Assembly (NCBI GenBank): GCA_964202905.1
Contig: CAXNJO010000001.1
Location: 768,001-832,000, forward strand
Length of the DNA stretch: 64,000 nucleotides
Direction: 5' to 3'
Origin: Polyangiales bacterium
GTDB taxonomy: Bacteria; Myxococcota_A; Polyangia; Polyangiales; JADJQN01
Each line of letters starts with the position of its first letter. Position 1 is the stretch's first letter. Under the pieces are notes generated by a model. It was given only the letters and a program-made list of their open reading frames with translations, did no database searches and was not told the origin of the DNA. Positions 18,274 through 29,463 of this stretch are shown here, in pieces. A program made the translations under genes and the position numbers.

Positions 18274-18401
18274 CGCCGACGATCGAGCACGTCCTCTTCA
18301 TCCCGGGCGTGCTGATCGTGGGTGTGTGGATCGGGTACTGGCTCGGGGCGCGGTCGGCGCGCGCCGAGCTCGAGCGACGCGAGCAGCGGCGGCGCGAGTA
18401 G
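18270..18401 (+). CDS. 43-aa single-pass membrane microprotein
   Basis: MTPTIEHVLFIPGVLIVGVWIGYWLGARSARAELERREQRRRE*; GTGA overlap with the ccmD stop; absent from the ORF track. Confidence 0.7.
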   Translation: MTPTIEHVLFIPGVLIVGVWIGYWLGARSARAELERREQRRRE

Positions 18402-18426
18402 CGTACCCGCGCAGGAGGAGCAGGCG

Positions 18427-19571
<1,145 letters not shown>

Positions 19572-19575
<4 letters not shown>

Positions 19576-20819
19576 GCGGACGGCGGCGCGGCGGCCGGGC
19601 GGCGGGCGATCGGCGTGCGGCGACGCGCGGTGTGCGCGCGTGGCCCGCGCGCTTCGCCGTCGCGCGCTTCGCCGTCGCGCGCTTCGCCGTCGCGCTCTGC
19701 ACCGTCGCTCTCGGCACCGTCGCGCTCGCTGCGTGCGAGGGCAGCGCGCGCGCACCGTCGCCGCCCGGGGATGCGCGTCCCGCGTCGCCCGTCGTTCCGG
19801 CGAATCCGTCGCGTCCCGCGTCGCCCGTCGTTCCGGCGAATCCGTCGCGTCCCGCGTCGCCCGTGCCCTTGGCAGAGCCCACTTCGCCTGCGGAGGCGGC
19901 GTCGGGCCCGCCGCGGGGCGCGCTCCCCGAGGCGACGGCGGTCGGGGGCTTCTTCGGGCTCGAGGGCGGGGACGATGCGTGGATGGCGCGCATCGGCCGC
20001 GCGCAAGCCGCGCGCTTCCGGCCGATCGGCACCTCGAGCCTCGTGTTCAAGGTGTTCTTCACGGGCGGGCTCGAGGCCGCGTTTCGGCCGCGTACGCACG
20101 GGCAGTCGCGCGGCTGGCTGAACGAGGTCGCGGCGTACCGGATCGCGCGCGCGCTCGGCATGGATCAGGTCCCGCCCGCGGTGTCGCGCACGTTCACGCG
20201 CCGCGAGCTCCGGGGGCACCTCGACGCGGACTACGGCGGCGACTGGACCGCGCTCGACGCGGATCTCCTCGGCCGCGGCGACGCCGTCTGGGGCGCGCTC
20301 GTGTATTGGGTGCCCGGGCTGCGCGACCTCGAGCTCGACAGGCCGAGCGGCCTCGCGCGCGCCCGGCCCTGGCTCGCGCAGGACGGCGCGCCCGCGATCG
20401 GGGACGAGGTGTCGCTCGCCGCCGATCTCGCGACGATGCAGGGCTTCGACTACCTGCTCGCGAATGTCGATCGCTGGAGCGGCGGCAACGTTCGCGCCGA
20501 CGCGAGCGGCCGCCGTGTCGTCATCCGCGACCACAACCTCGCGCTGATCTCGCCGCTGCCGCGCGCGCAGCACGAGCGCGTGCTCGGCCGCGCGCGTGGC
20601 GTCGAGCGCTTCTCACGCCGCTTCGTGATGCGGCTGCGCGCGCTCGACGAGGCGGGGCTCCGCGCGGCGTTCGCGGCGGACCCCGCGGCGCAGGCCGGCT
20701 TCGCGCTGCTCGACGAGGCGCAACTGCGCGGCGTGCTCGACCGCCGCGCGGCGCTGCTCTCGCGCGTCGGCGCGCTGATCGCGGTGCACGGCGAGGACGC
20801 GGTGCTCGCCTTCCCGTGA
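19572..20819 (+). CDS. Lipoprotein with Fam20C/Four-jointed-like atypical kinase domain
   Basis: Lipobox VALAAC; Pro-rich linker; AAFRP, NEVAAYRIARALGMDQVPPAVSR, FDYLLANVDR, IRDHNLAL, LDRRAALL. Start at 19572 or 19632. Confidence 0.7.
19647..19691 (+). repeat. 15-bp tandem repeat x3 (ARFAV)
   Basis: gcgcgcttcgccgtc repeated three times within the predicted signal region. Confidence 0.85.
19775..19864 (+). repeat. 36-bp tandem repeat x2.5 (RPASPVVPANPS)
   Basis: gcgtcccgcgtcgcccgtcgttccggcgaatccgtc twice plus a partial third copy. Confidence 0.85.
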
Positions 20820-20920
20820 CACGGCTCGGCGCCCCGTGCGCCGTGCGTGTTGCCCCGCCGCGCGAAACCGCCGACACTCGGCAGGCCCGAAACGCCTTTG
20901 TTTCCGCCCCGGAGTCGTTC

Positions 20921-21598
20921 ATGTCCGCTGCCGTCCCGCCTTCGCTTGCCCCGCTGCTCGCCCTGCTCGTCCACGACCTGCGCAACCCGGTCGCGACGAT
21001 CGGCGCGAACCTCAGCTACGTGAGCGAGGCCGCGAACGACGCGCTCGACTCCGAGTCCCGTGAGGCGCTCTCGGACTCGACGGCCGCGCTCTACGACCTC
21101 GCGTGCGGCCTCGACCACCTCGCGTATCTCTCGCGCCACGTCGCCGGCGAGCCTGCGGCGTCGGCCGCGGAAGGCAGCGTCGCCGACGCTCTCCGCGCGC
21201 TTCCGTCGCGCGCGCGCCCCGTGGGACTCCAGGTGATCGTGGAAGACTCGCAGTTGCGCGCCCGTGGCGCGCAGGGCCTGCCGCGCCTGCTCGAGGTGCT
21301 GCTCTCGAACTCGGGGCAGCACGCCGCGGGCAAGCCGGTCGTCGTGCGCGCGCGGCGCGACGGCGAGTACGTCGTCGTCGAGGTCGAGGACAAGGGCCGC
21401 GCGATCGCCCCCGAGCTCCGCGCGGTGGCGTTCACCGCGGCCGGCCAACTCCAGCTGAAGGAGCGCTCGGACGGGCGCTACGGCCGCTCGCTCGGCCTCT
21501 TCGCTGCCGGGCTGCTCGCGCAGGCGATGGGCGCGCGCCTCGAGGCCGCGGGGGTCGACGGCGCCGCGATCTTGCGCGTCCTGCTCACGCCCGCCTGA
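20921..21598 (+). CDS. Histidine kinase core without sensor domain
   Basis: LVHDLRNP H-box, VLLSNSGQH N-box, VEDKG, LGLF G2-box; 225 aa. Confidence 0.8.
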   Translation: MSAAVPPSLAPLLALLVHDLRNPVATIGANLSYVSEAANDALDSESREALSDSTAALYDLACGLDHLAYLSRHVAGEPAASAAEGSVADALRALPSRARPVGLQVIVEDSQLRARGAQGLPRLLEVLLSNSGQHAAGKPVVVRARRDGEYVVVEVEDKGRAIAPELRAVAFTAAGQLQLKERSDGRYGRSLGLFAAGLLAQAMGARLEAAGVDGAAILRVLLTPA

Positions 21599-21697
21599 GG
21601 GCGGCGATCGCGCGGCGGTCGGCCATCCCCGCGCGATGCACCCCGGGCGTGCGGAGCGCGCTTGACAGCATGCCCGCCGTGTCCCTTCTAATCGCGC

Positions 21698-22114
21698 ATG
21701 CTCGACGAGGCGGGACTGGTGGGCCACCTGGAGGCGCTCGGGTGGCGGGCGCAGCCGTGCGGGGAGCGCACCTGGCGCGTCGTGCACGAGACGTTCGAGG
21801 ACGATCTGCGCGTCTTCGTGCGGCTGAGCGACGAGTGGGTGATCGCGTCGATCGTGCCCTTCTTGCGCACGCGCGGCGTCAACACCTTCGACCTGTGCCG
21901 CTGGTTGCTGCGCCAGAACCGCGACATGTACCAGGCCAAGTTCGGCATCGACGACGACGGCGACGTCGTGCTCAGCGTCGAACTCCCGACGGAATCGCTC
22001 GATTTCTCCGAGCTCCGCGCGGCCCTCGACTCGCTCGTGCGTCACGGGACGCGGCTGCGCGGGGTGCTGCGCGCGGCGTCGGACGCGGCGCGCGCGCAGG
22101 CGGTGGCGACGTGA
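21698..22114 (+). CDS. YbjN/CesT-like (T3SS chaperone fold) protein
   Basis: LCRWLLRQNRDMYQAKFGIDDDGDVVLSVELP pattern. Confidence 0.7.
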   Translation: MLDEAGLVGHLEALGWRAQPCGERTWRVVHETFEDDLRVFVRLSDEWVIASIVPFLRTRGVNTFDLCRWLLRQNRDMYQAKFGIDDDGDVVLSVELPTESLDFSELRAALDSLVRHGTRLRGVLRAASDAARAQAVAT

Positions 22115-22638
22115 GGGTCGAGGCCGACGCGGTCGTGCCGTTCTCGCGCGAGCGCACCTTCCTCGCCTACCGCGACGAGATGCCCGAGTTCGTGCGCTTC
22201 CTGCCGAACGTCAAGCGCATCGACGTCGAGGCGCGCGCGGAGACGCCGGGCGAGGTGAGCCTGCGGAACGTGTGGCATGGGGGCGGCGAGGTGCCGGCGG
22301 CGTTCCGCGCGGTCGTGAGCGAGGACGTGCTCTCTTGGACGGATCACGCGCGCTGGCGCGCCGCGGAGTGGCTCTGCGAGTGGCGCCTCGAGACGCACGC
22401 GCTCAGCGAGGCGGTGCGCTGCGACGGCACGACGCGCTTCGTGGAGCTGTCCGGGGATCGCACGCGCGTCGAGATCCGCGGCGAGCTCGCGATCGACCTC
22501 GGGCGCGTGCGCGGGGTGCCGTCCTTCCTCGCGGGCTCGCTCGGCCGCAAGGTCGAGCAGTTCCTCGTCAAGCAGATCACGCCGAACCTCACCGGCGTCA
22601 CCGACGCGCTGACGCGGCACCTGCAGGGCGAGCGCTGA
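22111..22638 (+). CDS. SRPBCC/START-like (DUF2505-like) protein
   Basis: YRDEMPEFVRFLPNV...NVWHGGGEVP...LSWTDHARW...TRVEIRGEL; GTGA coupling to the upstream gene. Confidence 0.6.
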   Translation: MRVEADAVVPFSRERTFLAYRDEMPEFVRFLPNVKRIDVEARAETPGEVSLRNVWHGGGEVPAAFRAVVSEDVLSWTDHARWRAAEWLCEWRLETHALSEAVRCDGTTRFVELSGDRTRVEIRGELAIDLGRVRGVPSFLAGSLGRKVEQFLVKQITPNLTGVTDALTRHLQGER

Positions 22639-22713
22639 GCGCGCGCACGGCGGTCGACGCGGTCGCCGCGCGGTGCGGTCGCGCGTCGCGGAATCCCGGC
22701 TAAGTTCGCGCAG

Positions 22714-24339
22714 ATGCGCGTCACCACCGACTACCTCGTGCTCGGCTCCGGCGTCGCCGGCCTCACCTTCGCGCTCGAGGCCTCGCGGCACGGCGAGGTG
22801 GTCGTCATCACCAAGCGCGGCATCAGCGACGCCGCGACGACCTGGGCGCAGGGCGGGATCGCGGCCGTCCTCGACCCGCACGACTCCTTCGAGGCGCACG
22901 TCGAGGACACGCTCGCGACGGGAGGCGGCCTCTCGCACCGCGACGTCGTCGAGCGCGTGGTGCGCGACGGGCCGGCGCGCATCGAGGCGCTCCTCGCGCA
23001 CGGCGTGCCCTTCGACGCGGCGCACGCAGAGGGCGAGGGCGGGTCGGCCGCGGCGCGGCTCGACCTCACGCGCGAGGGCGGCCACAGCGCGCGGCGCGTC
23101 GTGCACGCGGGCGACATCACCGGGCGCGAGGTCGAGCGCGCGCTCGTCGCGGCGGTGCGGGCGAACCCGCGCATCCGCGTCGTCGAGCAGGCGATGGGCG
23201 TCGACCTCGTCGAGCTCTCGCGCTTCGGCGGACCGCGCGCGGTCGCGGGCGCCTACGTGCTCGACGTGCCGAGCGGCGCCGTGGACACGTACGTCGCGCG
23301 CGCGACGATCCTCGCGACGGGCGGCGCGGGGAAGGTCTACCTCTACACCTCGAACCCCGACGTCGCCTCGGGTGACGGCGTCGCGATGGCGTACCGCGCG
23401 GGCGCGGCGCTCGCGAACATGGAGTTCTTCCAGTTCCACCCGACGGTCCTCTACCACCCGCAGGCCAAGAGCTTCCTCATCAGCGAGGCGCTGCGCGGCG
23501 AGGGCGGGGTGCTGCGGCTCGCGGACGGCACCGCCTTCATGGAGCGGCACCACCCGTCGCGCGACCTCGCGCCGCGCGACGTCGTCGCCCGCGCGATCGA
23601 CTTCGAGATGAAGCGCACCGGCGACGACTGCGTGTACCTCGACATGAGCGCGTGCACGCCGGCGTACCTGCGCGAGCGCTTCCCGAACATCGCGGCCGAG
23701 TGCCTGAAATACGGCATCGACCTCACGAAGCAGCCGATCCCCGTCGTGCCCGCGGCGCACTACACCTGCGGCGGCGTCGTCGTCGACGCGGACGGACGCA
23801 GCTCGCTCCCGGGCCTCTGGGCGATCGGCGAGGTCTCGTGCTCGGGCCTGCACGGCGCGAACCGCCTCGCCTCCAACTCGCTGCTCGAGGGACTCGTGTA
23901 CGGACACCGCGCGGCCACGGCGCTCGGCGAGAAGTCGTACCGCGGCTCGCTCGCCGACCCGCCCGAGTGGAACGTCGGCAGCGCCGTGCCGAGCGACGAG
24001 GCCGTGCTGATCACGCAGAACTGGGACGAGATCCGCCGCTTCATGTGGAACTACGTCGGGATCGTGCGCAGCGAGAAGCGCCTGCGGCGCGCGTCGCGGC
24101 GCATCGCGCTGCTCCAGGAGGAGATCCGCGCCTACTACTGGAAGCACCTCGTCACGCGCGATCTGCTCGAGCTGCGCAACCTCGCCGACGTCGCCGAGAC
24201 GATCGTCGCCGCGGCCTCCTTCCGCAAGGAGAGCCGCGGCCTGCACCACACCATCGATCACCCCGCGACCGATCCCGCGTGGCAGGGGGACACCGTGCTC
24301 GTGCGCGGCGAAGCGCCCCGCCTCGTGCGCCACGACTGA
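22714..24339 (+). CDS. nadB: L-aspartate oxidase
   Basis: GSGVAGL, WAQGGIAAV, REGGHSARRVVH, ATGGAG, EFFQFHPT, LISEALRGEG, DLAPRDVVARAI, AAHYTCGG, GLHGANRLASNSLLE, ESRGLH. Confidence 0.97.
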   Translation: MRVTTDYLVLGSGVAGLTFALEASRHGEVVVITKRGISDAATTWAQGGIAAVLDPHDSFEAHVEDTLATGGGLSHRDVVERVVRDGPARIEALLAHGVPFDAAHAEGEGGSAAARLDLTREGGHSARRVVHAGDITGREVERALVAAVRANPRIRVVEQAMGVDLVELSRFGGPRAVAGAYVLDVPSGAVDTYVARATILATGGAGKVYLYTSNPDVASGDGVAMAYRAGAALANMEFFQFHPTVLYHPQAKSFLISEALRGEGGVLRLADGTAFMERHHPSRDLAPRDVVARAIDFEMKRTGDDCVYLDMSACTPAYLRERFPNIAAECLKYGIDLTKQPIPVVPAAHYTCGGVVVDADGRSSLPGLWAIGEVSCSGLHGANRLASNSLLEGLVYGHRAATALGEKSYRGSLADPPEWNVGSAVPSDEAVLITQNWDEIRRFMWNYVGIVRSEKRLRRASRRIALLQEEIRAYYWKHLVTRDLLELRNLADVAETIVAAASFRKESRGLHHTIDHPATDPAWQGDTVLVRGEAPRLVRHD

Positions 24340-24443
24340 CGCGCTCGCCGGGGGCCGTCACGCCGACGCGGCGTCGCGCGTCCGCGCATCCGGCGCGATT
24401 TGGCGCGTTCGCGCGTGGGGCGATACGCTGCGCGCTCGCCCCG

Positions 24444-25094
24444 ATGCGCCGCCTCCCGTCGATCGCCGTCGCCGTCGCGCTCCTCGCCGGGATCGCCGCG
24501 CCCGTCGCGCGCGCGGACCTCTACCAGTGGACGGACGCCGAGGGCGTCACGCACTACACGAACGTGCGGCCGCGCGGCGTGCGCAACGTGCGCGTCGTCG
24601 TCACGGGCGGGGGCGATGGGCCCGAGCGCCGCGGCGCCGTCCGTGATCGCGTGCCCGCGCGCGACCGCTCCCCCGATCGCTACTCGCGCTTCGACGCGCC
24701 GATCCGCGAGGCCGCGCGGCTCTACCAGCTGCCCGAGGCGTTCATCCGCGCCGTGATGCGCGTCGAGAGCGACTTCGATCCCAACGTCGTGTCGCGCGTG
24801 GGCGCGATGGGCCTGATGCAGCTGATGCCCGGCACCGCCGCGGGCATGGGCGTGCGCGATCCGTTCGATCCGCGCGAGAACATCCTCGGCGGCGTGCGCT
24901 ACCTGCGCGTGCTCGCCAACGGCTTCAACGGCGACCTCGTGCTGACGATCGCGGCCTACAACGCGGGCGAGGGCGCGGTGATGCGCTACGGCGGCGTCCC
25001 GCCCTACGACGAGACGCGGCGCTACGTGCAGAACGTGCTCCGCTACTACTACGCCTTCCGCGCCGCCGAGCTCGCGTCCGCGCAGCAGCCGTGA
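24444..25094 (+). CDS. Lytic transglycosylase (SLT) with N-terminal DUF4124
   Basis: Signal peptide, LYQWTDAEGVTHYTN, AVMRVESDF, GAMGLMQLMP, AAYNAGEG, ETRRYV. Confidence 0.92.
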   Translation: MRRLPSIAVAVALLAGIAAPVARADLYQWTDAEGVTHYTNVRPRGVRNVRVVVTGGGDGPERRGAVRDRVPARDRSPDRYSRFDAPIREAARLYQLPEAFIRAVMRVESDFDPNVVSRVGAMGLMQLMPGTAAGMGVRDPFDPRENILGGVRYLRVLANGFNGDLVLTIAAYNAGEGAVMRYGGVPPYDETRRYVQNVLRYYYAFRAAELASAQQP

Positions 25095-26410
25095 GCGCGG
25101 GCGCGGCCGATCCGCCCCCCGAGGGCGTCCCGCCGCTGCCGGAGGACGGCCTGCTCGCCTGGCTCCCCGGGCTCTGGGTGTTGCGCCACTACCGGCGCAC
25201 CTGGCTCGCGCACGATCTGTCCGCGGGCCTCGTGCTCTCGGCGCTGCTCGTGCCTGCGGGGATGGGGTACGCGCAGGCGTCGGGCCTCCCTGCGGTGACG
25301 GGCCTCTACGCGACGGTCGGCGGGCTCGTCGCGTATGCGCTCTTCGGGCCGTCACGCATCCTCGTGGTCGGGCCGGACTCCGCGCTCACCGCGCTCGTCG
25401 CGGCGGCCGTGGTCGGGCCCGCTGCGGGCGATCCGGCGCGGGCGACGGCGCTCGCCGCGCTGCTCGCGCTCTTCACGGGCGTGCTTTGCGTCGTCGCCGG
25501 CCTCGCGCGCGCGGGCTTCGTCACCGAGCTGCTCTCGAAGCCGGTGCGCGTGGGCTATCTCCACGGCATCGCGCTGACGGTGATCGTCTCGCAATTGCCC
25601 AGATTGTTTGGGTTTTCCGTGTCCGAGCCCGACGTCCCGGGTGCCCTCGCCGGCTTCGCGCGCGGCCTCGTCGACGGGCGCGCGCGGCCTCTCGCGCTCG
25701 CGCTCGGCGTCGGGAGCCTCGCCGTCGTGCTCGTCGCGCGGCGGATCGCGCCGCGTCTGCCGGGCGTGCTCGTCGCCGTCGCCGGGGCGACCGCGTTCGT
25801 GCTCGTCGGCGGGCTCGAGGCGCGGGTGCCCATCGTCGGTGCGCTGCCGCCCGGGCTGCCGCTCCCCCGGCTCCCGTCGGCCTCGCTCGAGGAGCTCTCG
25901 GCCCTCGCGACCGCGGCGATGGGCATCGCGCTCGTCTCCTTCGCCGACACGAGGGTGCTCTCTCGCGCGTTCGCGGCGCGCACCGGGCATCGCTTGGACG
26001 CGAACCGCGAGCTCGTCGGACTCGGCCTCGCGAACCTCGCCGCGGGGCTGGTGCAGGGCTTCCCGGTGAGCGGCAGCGCCTCGCGCACGCCCGTCGCCGC
26101 AGCGGCCGGCGCGCGCACGCAGCTCACCGGCCTCGTCGGCGCGCTCGTGATCGTCGCGTCCGAGCACGGCGTCGTGCGGGCGCCACCCGAGGCGCTCGAG
26201 GAGCTCGACGCCGAGCTCACCGCGCGCGGCGTCGAGCTCGCCTTCGCGGAGCTGAAGGGCCCGGTCAAGGACCGCCTGCGCCGCTACGGTCTCGCCGAGC
26301 GCATCGGCCGCGACTTCTTCTTCCCGACCCTCGGCGTCGCCGTGAAGTCGTACCTGCAGCGGCACGAGGTCGCGTGGTCGGACTGGGAGGATCACGGGAC
26401 GCGCGAGTGA
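25091..26410 (+). pseudogene. SulP/SLC26 anion transporter with apparent in-frame internal deletion
   Basis: DLSAGL...VPAGMGYA...GLY, NRELVGLGLAN, PVSGSASRT, GARTQL, then directly the C-terminal half of STAS (ELAFAELKGPVKDRLRRYGL). 439 aa; the last TM helices and the STAS N-half appear missing. Confidence 0.65.
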
Positions 26411-26524
26411 CGGCGCGGGCCCGCGCCGCCCGCGGGATCGAGGCCGCGTACCCGCGTTCTCCGGTCGGCAATCTCGGCATGACGTCGACGGCGCCGCCGA
26501 ACGGTGGTACGCCGCGGCCCGGAT

Positions 26525-27433
26525 ATGCGCTCCTACCAGCGAAGTCATCTGCGCGCGCTCGAGGACGAGTCCGTCCACATCCTCCGCGAGCTCGCGGCCG
26601 AGCGCGAGCGCCCGGTGCTGCTCTTCTCCGGCGGCAAGGACTCGATCGTCCTCCTGCGCCTTGCGGAGAAGGCGTTTCGCCCCGCGCGCTTCCCGTTCCC
26701 GCTCATGCACGTCGACACCGGGCACAACTTCGACGAGGTGATCGCCTTCCGCGACCGCCGCGTGCAGGAGCTCGGCGAGCGCCTCGTCGTCGCGAGCGTG
26801 CAGAAGTCGATCGACGACGGCCGCGCCACGGAGGAGACGGGCCCGCGCGCCTCGCGCAACCGCCTGCAGACGGTGACGCTGCTCGACGCCATCGAGGAGC
26901 ACGGCTTCGACGCGGCGATCGGCGGCGCGCGCCGCGACGAAGAAAAGGCCCGCGCGAAGGAGCGCATCTTCTCGCACCGCGACGAGTTCGGGCAGTGGGA
27001 CCCGAAGAACCAGCGCCCCGAGCTCTGGTCGCTCTACAACGCGCGCGTGAAGCGCGGCGAGCATCTGCGCGTGTTCCCGCTGTCGAACTGGACGGAGCTC
27101 GACGTCTGGCAGTACGTGAAGCTCGAGGAGATCGCGCTTCCGGGCATCTACTTCTCGCACACGCGGCCCGTGTTCCGGCGCGACGGGATGCTCTACGCCG
27201 ACAACCCCTTCATGACGAAGCTGCCCGGCGAGGACGTCTTCGAGGCGCGCGTCCGCTTCCGCACCGTCGGCGACATCAGCTGCACGGGCGCGGTCGAGTC
27301 GCCCGCCGAGTCGATCGACGACGTCATCGCCGAGGTCGCCGCGGCCCGCCTCACCGAGCGCGGCGCGACGCGCGCGGACGACCGCTTCACCGAGGCCGCC
27401 ATGGAAGACCGCAAGAAGGAGGGGTACTTCTGA
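26525..27433 (+). CDS. cysD: Sulfate adenylyltransferase subunit 2
   Basis: LLFSGGKDS, HVDTG, GGARRDEEKARAKERIFS, WDPKNQRPELW, RVFPLSNWTELD, MEDRKKEGYF. Confidence 0.97.
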   Translation: MRSYQRSHLRALEDESVHILRELAAERERPVLLFSGGKDSIVLLRLAEKAFRPARFPFPLMHVDTGHNFDEVIAFRDRRVQELGERLVVASVQKSIDDGRATEETGPRASRNRLQTVTLLDAIEEHGFDAAIGGARRDEEKARAKERIFSHRDEFGQWDPKNQRPELWSLYNARVKRGEHLRVFPLSNWTELDVWQYVKLEEIALPGIYFSHTRPVFRRDGMLYADNPFMTKLPGEDVFEARVRFRTVGDISCTGAVESPAESIDDVIAEVAAARLTERGATRADDRFTEAAMEDRKKEGYF

Positions 27434-28716
27434 TGGAGCACCTCCACGACCCCGCGGACGAGTCGATCGAGCTGCTGCGCTTCTCCACCGCGGGCAGCGT
27501 CGACGACGGCAAATCCACGCTGATCGGCCGCCTGCTCTACGACACCAAGACCATCTTCGAAGACCAGCTCGCGGCCGTCGAGGACGTCTCCCGCCGCCGC
27601 GGCGACGAGCGCACCAACCTCGCGCTCCTCACGGATGGCCTGCGCGCCGAGCGCGAGCAGGGCATCACCATCGACGTCGCGTACCGCTACTTCGCGACGC
27701 CGCGCCGCAAGTTCATCATCGCCGACACGCCCGGCCACGTGCAGTACACGCGCAACATGGTGACGGGCGCCTCGACGGCGAACCTCTCCATCATCCTCGT
27801 CGACGCGCGCCACGGGCTCGTCGAGCAGTCGCGGCGGCACGCGTACATCGCGTCGCTGCTGCGCATCCCGCACCTCGTGTTCGCCGTGAACAAGATGGAC
27901 CTCGTCGGCTACTCGGAGGAGCAGTTCCGGCGCATCGAGGCCGAGTTCCGCAACTTCGCGGCGCGCCTCGACGTGCAGGACATCACCTTCATCCCGATGA
28001 GCGCGCTCAACGGCGACAACGTCGTCGAGCGCTCGGCGAACATGCCGTGGTTCCAGGGCGCGCCGCTGCTCTACCACCTCGAGACGGTGCACATCGCGAG
28101 CGACCGCAACATGGTCGACGTGCGCTTCCCGGTGCAGTGGGTGATCCGGCCGCAGTCCGACGAACACCACGACTACCGCGGCTACGCGGGCACGCTGGCG
28201 GGCGGCGTGCTCAAGCCCGGCGACGACGTGGTCGTGCTGCCGAGCGGCATGACGACGAAGGTCGCGCGTATCGAGACGCACGACGGCCCGCTCGACGCGG
28301 CCTTCCCGCCGATGAGCGTCGTCGTGCACCTCGAGGACGACGTCGACGTGTCGCGCGGCGACATGATCTGCCGCCCGAACAACCAGCCCGTCGTCGCGCA
28401 GGAGCTCGACGCGATGATCTGCTGGATGAGCGAGAAGCCGCTCGCCGTGAAGAACCGCTACGCGATCAAGCACACGACGCGGAGCGCGCGCGCCGTCGTG
28501 AGCGAGCTCGCCTACAAGCTCGACGTGAACACGGGGCACCGCGTCGAGGGCGCAGCGACGCTCGGCCCGAACGACCTCGGTCGCGTCCGCCTGCGCACGA
28601 CCGCGCCGATCCTGCACGACGCCTACCGCCGCAACCGCACGACGGGCAGCTTCATCCTCGTCGACGAGGCGACGAACAACACCGTCGCCGCCGGGATGCT
28701 CCTCACCGACGGCTGA
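27433..28716 (+). CDS. cysN: Sulfate adenylyltransferase subunit 1 (GTPase), no fused CysC
   Basis: TAGSVDDGKSTLIGRLL, AEREQGITIDVAYRYF, DTPGH, NKMD, TGSFILVD; TGATG coupling to cysD. Confidence 0.96.
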   Translation: MEHLHDPADESIELLRFSTAGSVDDGKSTLIGRLLYDTKTIFEDQLAAVEDVSRRRGDERTNLALLTDGLRAEREQGITIDVAYRYFATPRRKFIIADTPGHVQYTRNMVTGASTANLSIILVDARHGLVEQSRRHAYIASLLRIPHLVFAVNKMDLVGYSEEQFRRIEAEFRNFAARLDVQDITFIPMSALNGDNVVERSANMPWFQGAPLLYHLETVHIASDRNMVDVRFPVQWVIRPQSDEHHDYRGYAGTLAGGVLKPGDDVVVLPSGMTTKVARIETHDGPLDAAFPPMSVVVHLEDDVDVSRGDMICRPNNQPVVAQELDAMICWMSEKPLAVKNRYAIKHTTRSARAVVSELAYKLDVNTGHRVEGAATLGPNDLGRVRLRTTAPILHDAYRRNRTTGSFILVDEATNNTVAAGMLLTDG

Positions 28717-28769
28717 GCACGCCGCGCGTCTCGCGCGTTTGCGCGGGACGCTGTGATACCGTCGCGGCC

Positions 28770-29354
28770 ATGCGTCGCCTCGCCGCCGTGCTGCTCGTCT
28801 CGCTCGCGCTCGTCACCGCGCCGAACGTGTCCGCGCCGCGCGCCTCCGCGCAGGACGCGCCGGCCGCGACGACGGGCACCACGCCGTATGCCGAGGCGTG
28901 CGCGGACGGGCTCGGCAAGCTGCGCTCTGGGGACGCGGACGGCGCGGTCGCGGCGCTGCGGCGCGCGGTGCAGCTCGAGCAGGGCCGGCCGCTCGGCTTC
29001 TACTATCTCGGCGAGGCGCTGCGCGTGCAGCGCAACTACGCGGATTCGCTCGAGATGTTCCGCACGGCGTCGCGGCTCGCGCGCGCAGCGGGCGACACGC
29101 GGCTCGAGGCGCGGTCGCTGCAAGGTGTCGCCGACACGCTCGAGCGCATCGAGGGCAAGCGCAACGAGGCGCGCGCGGCGTGGGCCGAGTACCTCGTCTT
29201 TGCGAATGCCAATGCGGAGGTCGCGTTCCCCGCGCTCGCCAACGCGCGCATCCAGGCGCTCGACACCGTGCGCGAGCTCGACGAGACGTACGCCGATGTC
29301 CGCGAGCGCATCGCCATCCGCGCCCGCGAGGCCGCTCGTCCCGCGACGCCCTGA
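28770..29354 (+). CDS. Secreted TPR-like protein
   Basis: Signal peptide (..ASAQ); AVAALRRAVQLE..PLGFYYLGEAL TPR helix pair. Confidence 0.75.
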   Translation: MRRLAAVLLVSLALVTAPNVSAPRASAQDAPAATTGTTPYAEACADGLGKLRSGDADGAVAALRRAVQLEQGRPLGFYYLGEALRVQRNYADSLEMFRTASRLARAAGDTRLEARSLQGVADTLERIEGKRNEARAAWAEYLVFANANAEVAFPALANARIQALDTVRELDETYADVRERIAIRAREAARPATP

Positions 29355-29395
29355 TCCGCCCCGCGACGCCCTGATCCGCCCCGCTGCGCCCTGAT
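29341..29395 (+). repeat. 20-bp tandem repeat x2.75 spanning the stop codon
   Basis: ccgcgacgccctgatccgcc twice, then ccgctgcgccctgat. Confidence 0.8.
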
Positions 29396-29463
29396 GGGCG
29401 CGGTGGCGCGTGAGGCGCGCTGCGTGGGGTGAGGCGCGCTGCGTGGCGTGACGCGCGGCGCGC

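Noticed and set aside
25486..28716. Apparent 1076-aa CysN with long N-terminal extension
   Set aside because: The real start is ATG 27433 coupled to the cysD stop; the upstream part is an off-frame read of sulP/cysD.
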